A stretch of 64,000 bases of DNA from an uncultured bacterium. Lineage in GTDB: Bacteria > Krumholzibacteriota > Krumholzibacteriia > JACNKJ01. Shown here piece after piece: positions 8,834-16,146 of the stretch; within the stretch, counting starts at the first letter, position 1, and the number at the start of each line of letters is the position of its first letter. Both the position numbers and the translations under genes were made by a program. The stretch spans positions 2,752,001-2,816,000 of the forward strand of contig CAVOFT010000001.1 of the NCBI GenBank assembly GCA_963695095.1. The letters are read 5' to 3'. Below the pieces are notes generated by a model. The model had not been told where the DNA came from, did not search any database, and saw only the letters and a list, made by a program, of their open reading frames with translations.

Positions 8834-11257
8834 CTACTTGACGACGAGGTTGAGCAACTTGCCCGGCACGTAGACGGCCTTGACCACCTGCTTGCCCGCC
8901 AGCCAGGGCGCGAGCTGGGCGCTGGCGAAGGCGATCGCCTTCACTTGCGCCTCGTCGATGTCGGCGGGCAGCTCGTGGCGGTCGCGCACCTTGCCGTTGA
9001 CCTGCACCACCACGGTCACGGTCTCGACACTGAGGTAGGCCGGATCGTGCTCCGGCCAAGGCGCCCAGGCGATGGACTCCGCGTGGCCCAGGCGCTCCCA
9101 GATCTCCTCGGCCAGGTGCGGCGCATAGGGCGCCAGGAGGCGCAGGAAGGCCTCGAGCGCGGCGCGCGGCCGCTCGCTGCGCGGCGTCATCTCGTTGACG
9201 AAGACCATCAGCTGGCTGATCGCCGTGTTGAAGTGCAGGCCATCGGTCATCGCCGTGACCTCGGCAATCGTCCGGTGGAGGATCCGCAGCGTCTCCGTAT
9301 CCGGGGGCGCCTCCGTCAGCGCCGGATGCAGGCGGTCGTCCTCGTCGAAGAAGAGCCGCCAGGCGCGCGCCAGGAAGCGGTGGATGCCCTCGATGCCCTG
9401 GGTGTTCCAGGGCTTGTCCCGCTCGAGGGGACCCAGGAACATCAGAAAGAGGCGCAGGCTGTCGGCGCCGTGCGCGCGAATGACCTCGTCGGGGTTGACG
9501 ACGTTGCCGCGGCTCTTGCTCATCTTCTCGCCGTCCTCGCCCAGGATCATGCCCTGGTTGCGCAGGCGCAGGAAGGGCTCGGGGGTGGAGACGAGGCCGA
9601 GGTCGAAGAGCACCTTGTGCCAGAAGCGGGCGTAGAGCAGGTGGAGCACGGCGTGCTCCGCCCCGCCGACGTAGAGGTCCACCGGCATCCAGTAGCGTTC
9701 GGCCTCCGGCGACCAGGCCGCTTCATCGTTGTGCGGATCCAGAAAGCGCAGGTAGTACCAGCAGCTGCCCGCCCACTGGGGCATCGTGTTGGTCTCGCGC
9801 CGCGCAGGGCGGCCCGTGCGCGGGTCCGTGGTCTCGATCCACTCGCGCATGGCGGCCAGGGGGCTCTCGCCCGTGCCGGCCGGCTTGTAGGACTCCACCT
9901 CGGGCAGCAGGACGGGCAGCTCCTCTGCTCCCAGCACGCGCAGGCTGCCGTCTTCCAGGTGCAGCAGCGGGAAGGGCTCGCCCCAGTAGCGCTGCCGGCT
10001 GAAGAGCCAGTCGCGCAGCTTGTACTGCACGGTCGCCTTGCCCCTGCCCTCGGCCTCGAGCCAGGCCGTGATCTTGGCCTTGGCGGCGCCGATCGCCAGC
10101 CCATCGAGGAAGCCGCTGTTGATGGCCGGCCCCTCGCCCGTGTAGGCCTTGCCCTCCCAGCCGGCGGGCGGCGCCACCGTGCGCAGGATGGGCAGGCCGA
10201 AGGCTTCGGCGAACTCCCAGTCGCGCTCGTCCTGGCCGGGCACGGCCATGATCGCGCCCGTGCCGTAGCCCATCAGCACGTAGTCGGCAACCCAGATCGG
10301 GATGGGCGCCTCGGTCACCGGGTTCACGGCATAGGCGCCCGTGAAGACGCCCGTCTTCTCCTTCGCCATGCCGCGGTCGAGCTCGCTCTTGCGCGCGGCG
10401 GCGGCGCGATAGGCGGCCACCGCCTGGCGCTGCTCGGGGCTCGTGAGCTGATCGACCAGCGGATGCTCGGGCGCCAGGACCATGTAGGTGGCGCCGAAGA
10501 GCGTGTCCGGGCGCGTCGTGAAGACGCGGATGGTCGCCGGCGGCGCGGCGTCGGCTACCGGGAAGTCCACCTCGGCGCCCTCGCTGCGGCCGATCCAGTT
10601 GCGCTGCAGCTCCTTGATGTTCTCCGGCCAGTCGAGGTCCTCCAGGTCGGCCAGCAGCCGCTCGGCGTAGGCGGTGATGCGCAGCATCCACTGGCGCATG
10701 GGCCGGCGGATCACCGGGTGGCCGCCGATCTCGCTGAGCCCGTCGACCACTTCCTCGTTGGCCAGCACGGTGCCCAGGGCCGGGCACCAGTTCACGGCGA
10801 CCTCGGCCTCGTAGGCCAGGCCCCGCTCGAAGAGCTTCGTGAAGATCCACTGCGTCCACTTGTAGTAGCGCGGCTGCGTGGTGTCGATCTCGCGATCCCA
10901 GTCGAAGCTGAGACCGAAGAGCTTCAGCTGCCGCCGGAAGTTGGCGATGTTGCGGTCCGTCGTCGCGCGCGGATGGGTACCGGTCTTGATGGCGTAGTTC
11001 TCGGCCGGCAGGCCGAAGGCGTCCCAGCCCATCGGGTGCAGCACGTTGAAGCCGCGCATGCGCCAGAAGCGGGAGACGATGTCCGAGGCCGTGTAGCCCT
11101 CGGGATGGCCCACGTGCAGCCCGTCGCCGCTCGGATAGGGATACATGTCCAGCACGTAGCGCTTGGGGCGCGCCGGATCCAGCTCCGCCTTGAAGGTGCG
11201 GCGCTCCTCCCAGTAGCGCTGCCACTTGGGCTCGATGCGTGCAGGATCGTAGGGCAT
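8834..11257 (-). CDS. leuS: Leucine--tRNA ligase
   Basis: 807 aa; [14 protein letters not shown] (HIGH), [13 protein letters not shown]1 editing motif [29 protein letters not shown]. Confidence 0.98.
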   Translation of the reverse strand: MPYDPARIEPKWQRYWEERRTFKAELDPARPKRYVLDMYPYPSGDGLHVGHPEGYTASDIVSRFWRMRGFNVLHPMGWDAFGLPAENYAIKTGTHPRATTDRNIANFRRQLKLFGLSFDWDREIDTTQPRYYKWTQWIFTKLFERGLAYEAEVAVNWCPALGTVLANEEVVDGLSEIGGHPVIRRPMRQWMLRITAYAERLLADLEDLDWPENIKELQRNWIGRSEGAEVDFPVADAAPPATIRVFTTRPDTLFGATYMVLAPEHPLVDQLTSPEQRQAVAAYRAAAARKSELDRGMAKEKTGVFTGAYAVNPVTEAPIPIWVADYVLMGYGTGAIMAVPGQDERDWEFAEAFGLPILRTVAPPAGWEGKAYTGEGPAINSGFLDGLAIGAAKAKITAWLEAEGRGKATVQYKLRDWLFSRQRYWGEPFPLLHLEDGSLRVLGAEELPVLLPEVESYKPAGTGESPLAAMREWIETTDPRTGRPARRETNTMPQWAGSCWYYLRFLDPHNDEAAWSPEAERYWMPVDLYVGGAEHAVLHLLYARFWHKVLFDLGLVSTPEPFLRLRNQGMILGEDGEKMSKSRGNVVNPDEVIRAHGADSLRLFLMFLGPLERDKPWNTQGIEGIHRFLARAWRLFFDEDDRLHPALTEAPPDTETLRILHRTIAEVTAMTDGLHFNTAISQLMVFVNEMTPRSERPRAALEAFLRLLAPYAPHLAEEIWERLGHAESIAWAPWPEHDPAYLSVETVTVVVQVNGKVRDRHELPADIDEAQVKAIAFASAQLAPWLAGKQVVKAVYVPGKLLNLVVK

Positions 11258-11435
11258 GGGTCATCCTCGCCGGTGCGGCTGCGGGGGCGGGCCGGTCGCG
11301 GCCGACATAGGCGGCGTTATAAAGCAAGCTGCGCCGCGGCGCAAGCGCCCAGCTCCCGCCGGTCGCGCGCATCCAACTGCCGGTGGCCGGCATCCAAGCA
11401 GGGATCTGCGCCGCCCCCAGCCGAGGAAGCCGCCC

Positions 11436-12056
11436 ATGGAACGCATCGGAATCCTGCTTTGCCTCTGCCTGCTGGCCACCACCCCGGCCGGCGCCTTCGA
11501 CCTGCTCCTGGACATCGACGCCGACGGCGACCCGGCCACGCTGGCCACCGCCACGGAGGCCGGCAGCGCCGACCTGCGCCTCGTCCTGGCGCCCAGCGAC
11601 GGCGCCGAGTGGATCGCCGGCATCTCATTCGGCCTGGGCGGCACCTGCTGGGAGTGCTTTGGGCAGGGCGTGCCCTTCACCTACGGCAGCGAGGCGGACA
11701 TCTTCGGCGTCTTCGCCGACTGGCACGAGAGCCCGCTCTTCGCAACGAGCTGGGGCGACGTCAGCCTGTGCCTGGGCTGCTGCAACGGCGCCGGGGACGG
11801 CCCCGGCTACCACTTCATCTATGGCGCCGAGGCCGCCGATGGCGGCTTCTGGCTCACGGCGCCGGTCTTCATCGCCAGCTTCCAGGCCCGGGTGTCGGAC
11901 AGCGCTGTCTTCCCTCGCTGCCCGCGGCCCCCCGCCGACCTGATCAGCTTCCCCCTGCTCACCCAGGGCGCAGGCAACCGCGTGCTCATGGGCGGAGAGG
12001 CCCCGCCCACGCCCGCAGCCACGCAGAGCTGGAGCGCGATCAAGTCGCTCTACTAA
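11436..12056 (+). CDS. Secreted Cys-rich hypothetical protein with C-terminal SWSAIKSLY motif
   Basis: 206 aa; signal peptide MERIGILLCLCLLATTPAGA; CWEC and CLGCC; ends PTPAATQSWSAIKSLY. Confidence 0.8.
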   Translation: MERIGILLCLCLLATTPAGAFDLLLDIDADGDPATLATATEAGSADLRLVLAPSDGAEWIAGISFGLGGTCWECFGQGVPFTYGSEADIFGVFADWHESPLFATSWGDVSLCLGCCNGAGDGPGYHFIYGAEAADGGFWLTAPVFIASFQARVSDSAVFPRCPRPPADLISFPLLTQGAGNRVLMGGEAPPTPAATQSWSAIKSLY

Positions 12057-12071
12057 TCGAGGAAAGCAGCA

Positions 12072-13169
12072 TCAATCGAGCCCCGGAAGTTCTCCATCCC
12101 CGGTCGCGGGCAGGGGCAGGTAGCGCCGCAGGATCTTGCGGCTGAAGGCGGGCAGGCCCAGGCGCGGCAGCTCGGCCGGCGCCGCCCAGCGATACTCGAC
12201 GGCCCGCTCCCCGGCGCGAAACTCGGCGACGCCCGCCGTCACGCGCTGCCGCAATCGGTAGCGGGTGATGCCATGGCGCTCCTCGCCCAGGCGGCGCCTC
12301 GCGCTGAGGCGCAGGCCGAGCTGGCTCCAGCGCTCGACCGGCAGATCGCCGCCGCCGGCGAGGCGGTAGGGGAGATTCCAGAGCTCGCCCAGGAAGGGCC
12401 GCTCGCCGCGGGCGAGCAGCAGGCGCGCGCCGCCGGCGGGATGCCGGAGCAGGCCCACCTCGACGAGCAAGTCCTGCGGCCCGGGCGCGCGCGCGAGCTC
12501 CGGGTAGGCGGCCGCGCTGCCGCCGGCCAGCGCCCGGCAGTGCGGGGCCAGCGGACAGGCCGGGCAGCGGGGCGCCCGGGGCCGGCAGACGCGCGCGGCG
12601 AGTTCCATCACCGCCTGGTTGAGATCCCCCGGGCGCGCCGCGTCGACCAGGTCGGCCAGCCGCTGCCGGAGCTGGGTGGCCAGGGGCTGGCGGCGGGGAT
12701 CCCCCGCCAGGGCATCCAGACGGGTGAGCAGGCGGATGCCGTTGCCGTCCAGCGCGGGCACGCGCTCGCCGAAGGCGATGCTAGCGATCGCCCCCGCGGT
12801 ATAGGGCCCCACGCCGGGCAGAAGGGCCAGGGCGGCGGCGCTCGCCGGCACCTGCCCGTCGAGTTCGTCCTGCACCTGGCGGGCGGCGGCAAGCAGGTTG
12901 CGCGCGCGGCGGTAGTAGCCCAGACCGCTCCAGAGCGACAGCAGCTCTTCCTCGTCGGCGGCGGCGAGGGCGGCCAGATCCGGGTAGCGCGCGACGAAGC
13001 GTTCGAAGTAGGGGATCACCGTGGCCACCTGCGTCTGCTGGAGCATGATCTCCGAGACCCAGATGCGGTAGGGCGTCGCGGCCTCGCGCCAGGGCATGGG
13101 GCGGCGCTCCCGGTCGAACCAGGCCAGCAGGAGGCGGCGCAGGGCGCTGTCGCGGCGGGGGGAGAACAT
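12072..13169 (-). CDS. mutY: A/G-specific adenine DNA glycosylase
   Basis: MPWR..PYRIWVSEIMLQQTQV, WSGLGYYRRARNL, HhH motif LPGVGPYTAGAIASIAF, DGN, and 4Fe-4S motif CRPRAPRCPACPLAPHC. Confidence 0.95.
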   Translation of the reverse strand: MFSPRRDSALRRLLLAWFDRERRPMPWREAATPYRIWVSEIMLQQTQVATVIPYFERFVARYPDLAALAAADEEELLSLWSGLGYYRRARNLLAAARQVQDELDGQVPASAAALALLPGVGPYTAGAIASIAFGERVPALDGNGIRLLTRLDALAGDPRRQPLATQLRQRLADLVDAARPGDLNQAVMELAARVCRPRAPRCPACPLAPHCRALAGGSAAAYPELARAPGPQDLLVEVGLLRHPAGGARLLLARGERPFLGELWNLPYRLAGGGDLPVERWSQLGLRLSARRRLGEERHGITRYRLRQRVTAGVAEFRAGERAVEYRWAAPAELPRLGLPAFSRKILRRYLPLPATGDGELPGLD

Positions 13170-13253
13170 CGGCACCTCGTCTGGCAATCGCCGGTGAACC
13201 AGGGTATCCTGCCGCCGGGGCCGGCACAAGGACAGCGCCCCCGCAGGAGAGCC

Positions 13254-13835
13254 ATGCACCGGAGCGACAGCGAAGAGAGCGCCTCACCGGCGGAGGCCGG
13301 CCCCGCGCAGCATCGGCGGGAGGGGCTCGGGGCCCTGGGCCTGGCCCTGATCACGGTAAGCGATACCCGCAGCCTGGCCGATGATCGCTCCGGCGCCCTG
13401 ACCATCAGCTTGCTCGAGGCGGCGGGCCACCGCGTGCTCAGCCGCAGCCTGGTGGCGGACGAGCCGGCTCGCATCGAGGCGGCGATCCTGGCGGCGCTCG
13501 CCGTCCCGGATTGCGCTGCGGTGCTGCTCACCGGCGGCACGGGCGTGAGCCCGCGCGACGGCACGCCAGAAGTGCTCGCCCGCCTCTGGGAGCGCGAGCT
13601 GCCGGGCTTCGGTGAGCTGTTTCGCTGGTTGAGCTGGCAGGAGATCGGTCCGGCAGCCATGCTGAGCCGCGCCTGCGCCGGCCAGCGCGAGGGTCGACTC
13701 CTCGTCTCCCTGCCGGGCTCCCCCGCTGCCGTGCGCCTGGCACTCGAGGGCTTGCTGCTGCCGGAGCTGGGCCACCTCGTCGCTCAGTTGCAGAAGGCCG
13801 AAGGCCCGCAAACAGAGGGGCCGGCCCCTCGCTGA
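13254..13835 (+). CDS. moaB: Molybdenum cofactor biosynthesis protein MoaB/MogA family
   Basis: RBS AGGAG; ITVSDTR, TGGTGVSPRDGTPE, LPGFGELFR, AMLSRA, SLPGSP. Confidence 0.92.
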   Translation: MHRSDSEESASPAEAGPAQHRREGLGALGLALITVSDTRSLADDRSGALTISLLEAAGHRVLSRSLVADEPARIEAAILAALAVPDCAAVLLTGGTGVSPRDGTPEVLARLWERELPGFGELFRWLSWQEIGPAAMLSRACAGQREGRLLVSLPGSPAAVRLALEGLLLPELGHLVAQLQKAEGPQTEGPAPR

Positions 13836-14036
13836 AGAGGAGCCGGCCTGACAGAGTGGGCGGAACGAATCCTGAACCCCCTCACCGCTTCGAAGACCGG
13901 ACTACCTGCTTACCCCTCACTGCTCACCACGGCGAACAGCCAACCAGTCCGACGATCCTCGAAGCCCTCTCAGTCCGTTCGTTCGTCCCGCCCAGAATCG
14001 ACGGCCCGATCGGGTTCACCCTAACCGGGCCTTGTA
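13815..14036 (-). ncRNA. Candidate structured ncRNA (~220 nt; 5' hairpin plus 138-nt rod), family unassigned
   Basis: Own sigma70 promoter and terminator. Rod 13857-13994 has two 13-bp stems and an apical 9-bp stem whose mismatches are G-U only on the minus strand. 5' hairpin at 14003-14031. Ends are approximate. Confidence 0.65.
13819..13848 (-). terminator. Intrinsic terminator-like hairpin, possibly bidirectional (candidate ncRNA / moaB)
   Basis: Minus strand GGCCGGCTCCTC-TTCAGC-GAGGGGCCGGCC (12 bp with one G-U) followed by CCTCTGTTT. Confidence 0.6.
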
Positions 14037-14042
14037 GTCCAG

Positions 14043-14071
14043 AATCTACCGAAAAAAAGGGGCTAATGCAA
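14043..14071 (-). promoter_or_regulatory. Sigma70 promoter for the candidate ncRNA, overlapping the Rrf2 gene stop
   Basis: TTGCAT (14066-14071)-N17-TAGATT (14043-14048). Confidence 0.6.
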
Positions 14072-14509
14072 CCCCTTCTCCGCGAGCAACCGACGCTTTT
14101 CTTCCAGCTTCCCGACCATCTGCGCCAGGTTCTTGCCCTCGAGCGTCAGGCGGATCTGGCCGCGAATCTTCGACCACTCGTCGTGCAGCGGGCAGGGGGC
14201 CTCGTCCGAGCAGACATCGATGCCCAGGATGCAGATCTCGTCGTAATTGGCGATGTGGTCGATCGGGTCGACGATATCGTAGAGGGTGATCTCCTCGGGC
14301 TTGCGGGAGAGGCAGAAGCCGCCCCGCGGCCCGCGATGGGAGCGCACCAGGCCCTTGCGCGAGAGGATTTGCATGGTCTTGGCCAGGAAGTGGAAGGGGA
14401 CGTCTTCCTTCTCGGCCACGTCCTTGAGCTGGATGAGCTGGCCAGGGGGCTGCTCGGCCAGGTAGACCATGGCTCGAATCGCGTATTCAGCGGCCTTGGA
14501 GTAGAGCAC
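14063..14509 (-). CDS. Rrf2-family transcriptional regulator (Fe-S binding type)
   Basis: GTG start after GAGGAGG; YAIRAMVYLA, FLAKTMQIL, VRSHRGPRGGFCL, ITLYDIV; Cys motif CILGIDVCSDEAPCPLH. Confidence 0.93.
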   Translation of the reverse strand: MLYSKAAEYAIRAMVYLAEQPPGQLIQLKDVAEKEDVPFHFLAKTMQILSRKGLVRSHRGPRGGFCLSRKPEEITLYDIVDPIDHIANYDEICILGIDVCSDEAPCPLHDEWSKIRGQIRLTLEGKNLAQMVGKLEEKRRLLAEKGLH

Positions 14510-14572
14510 GGAGCCTCCTCGGGCAGGGTGCTATCGAATGCGGGAAGATGAAAATATTGCCTTGAAGCGGCT

Positions 14573-14601
14573 AAGCTAACCAGCACGGCAGCCGCTGTCA
14601 A
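14573..14601 (-). promoter_or_regulatory. Sigma70 promoter for the Rrf2 gene
   Basis: TTGACA-N17-TAGCTT on the minus strand. Confidence 0.6.
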
Positions 14602-14628
14602 TAGGCATCGCGGATCCGAACTGGTTTT

Positions 14629-15825
14629 TTAGGCCGGCTTCACGACCAGGACAGTGAGGTCGTCCGCCCAGGGAGCCGAGCCCCCGAAAGCCCTCGCCTC
14701 GGCCACGATGCGCTCGACGGTTTCGGCAGAGGAGAGGTGGAAGCAGGCGCGGAAGGCCTCGAGCAGGCGCTTCTCCCCCCACTCGTCGTCCCCCCGCCGC
14801 CTCTCGATGAGGCCGTCCGTGAAGAGGATCATCTGGCGGCCCGGCGTCAGCTGCGTGAAGCCCCGGCTGTAGTTGGAATCGCTCCGCGGCCCCAGGATGG
14901 TGCCGCCGACGGCCAGGCGCTCCACGGCCTGCCCCGGTCCGATGAGGATGGGCTCGCAGTGGCCGGCGTTGACGTAGATCAGCGTTCCGTTGCGCTCGAG
15001 CTCACCGTAAAACAGGCTGACGAAGCGCGTCGCCAGCCGGCTGGCATGGATCACCTGGTTGAGCCGGCGGATCATGACCGTGATCTTCATTTCCTTCTCC
15101 ACGCCCATGCGCAGACCGGTCACCACGTCGCGGGCCTGCAGAGCCGCGGGCAGGCCATGGCCACTGGCGTCACCCACGGCGATGCCCAGCGCCTCCTCGC
15201 CGAGGTCCATGAAGTCGTGGATGTCGCCCCCCACCTCCGCGGACTCGGCGGCGAAGGTGCAGGCGCTGATGTCGAAGCCCTCGAAGCGAGGCGGGTGCGT
15301 GGGCAGGAGGCTGAGCTGGATGGCCTCGGCTTCGTTGATCTCCGCCGCCATCTGCGCCTGCTTCAGGCGCAGGCCGAGGCTGTGCTGGATGGCGCCAAGA
15401 GCGAAGAGCAGCGCCTCCTCTTCAGCCTGCCCCTCGAGGCCGAAGGAGATCAGAAAGCGGCCGGCGTCGAGGACGAAGGCGGCGAAGTTGCGCACGCCAA
15501 TGCGTGACTCCAGCTTCGAATCGTAGCCGGGAAAGTCCTCGTGGATGGCGACGATGCGCTCGCTGAGGATGGCCTGGATGGGCGGATAGCTCGCCGGGAT
15601 GGCGAAGCCCTTGAGATCGGCGCCCAGCGGGGCCGTGCTATGCCGCAGGTAGTAGTGGCTATCGTTGAGAACGTAGAGCCGGCCGCTGATCGTGCCCAGG
15701 TCCTCGCGGAAGGCCTGGACGATCTGGTCGACGGCGCGGGCAAGGTCATGGTGCGGGCTGCGCTCCACGACGATGCTGCCCAGGAGCGCGTCCAGCTTGC
15801 GGTAGAAGGCTTTGTTATTGAACAT
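14629..15825 (-). CDS. PP2C/SpoIIE (RsbU-like) Ser/Thr phosphatase with N-terminal GAF-like region
   Basis: AEAIQLSLLP, EVGGDIHD, GDASGHGLPAAL, FVSLFYG, YVNAGH, LFTDGLIE, DDLT. Confidence 0.9.
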   Translation of the reverse strand: MFNNKAFYRKLDALLGSIVVERSPHHDLARAVDQIVQAFREDLGTISGRLYVLNDSHYYLRHSTAPLGADLKGFAIPASYPPIQAILSERIVAIHEDFPGYDSKLESRIGVRNFAAFVLDAGRFLISFGLEGQAEEEALLFALGAIQHSLGLRLKQAQMAAEINEAEAIQLSLLPTHPPRFEGFDISACTFAAESAEVGGDIHDFMDLGEEALGIAVGDASGHGLPAALQARDVVTGLRMGVEKEMKITVMIRRLNQVIHASRLATRFVSLFYGELERNGTLIYVNAGHCEPILIGPGQAVERLAVGGTILGPRSDSNYSRGFTQLTPGRQMILFTDGLIERRRGDDEWGEKRLLEAFRACFHLSSAETVERIVAEARAFGGSAPWADDLTVLVVKPA

Positions 15826-15827
15826 CG

Positions 15828-16061
15828 CTAGCGTGCCGCGGCAATGGCCGCGTGAATCTCCTCGTCCTCGGGGAAGCGACCCAGGGCCTTCTTGGAGAAG
15901 ACCAGCTTGCCGCCCACGGTCACTTCGAAGACGCCGCCGCCGGAGCGAATGAGCGTGGGCGCAATTCCGAAGCGGTCCTGGATGTCCGCCGCCAGACCGG
16001 CGGCGCGTGGCTCATAGTTTCAAACGACGCAGAACTCGATGCTGACCACTGGCTCGGCCAT
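15828..16061 (-). CDS. SelW/SelT/SelH (Rdx) family selenoprotein, CxxU, 77 aa
   Basis: Absent from the ORF track. RBS AAGGAG, ATG 16061: MAEPVVSIEFCVVU(TGA 16020-16022)NYEPRAAGLAADIQDRFGIAPTLIRSGGGVFEVTVGGKLVFSKKALGRFPEDEEIHAAIAAAR. Rdx motifs GGVFEV and FSKK..GRFP follow the UGA in frame. Confidence 0.92.
15987..16005 (-). promoter_or_regulatory. Bacterial SECIS element
   Basis: CGCCGCC-GGTCT-GGCGGCG hairpin starting 14 nt 3' of the UGA; apical loop begins with G. Confidence 0.7.
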
Positions 16062-16146
16062 GGCCCTCTCCTTTCGCCGCGTGAGGTGGACAGGCAGGTG
16101 AGCGCAGGGAAGCACAGGCCGCCCGCCCTGTCAACGCGCCGGAGCC

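Noticed and set aside
8945..12145. Many long antisense or alternate-frame ORFs (e.g. 8945-12145, 16375-18387, 50815-53385, 56256-58859)
   Set aside because: Expected in very GC-rich DNA; they shadow genes with clear family motifs and have none themselves.
13923..14018. 31-codon minus-strand ORF inside the ncRNA candidate (MNPIGPSILGG...)
   Set aside because: The GTG start is buried in a hairpin without a properly spaced SD; no protein-like features. Not fully excluded.
13856..14551. 231-aa plus-strand ORF across the ncRNA candidate
   Set aside because: Antisense to the Rrf2 gene, no motifs or RBS; G-U asymmetry and the promoter point to the minus strand.
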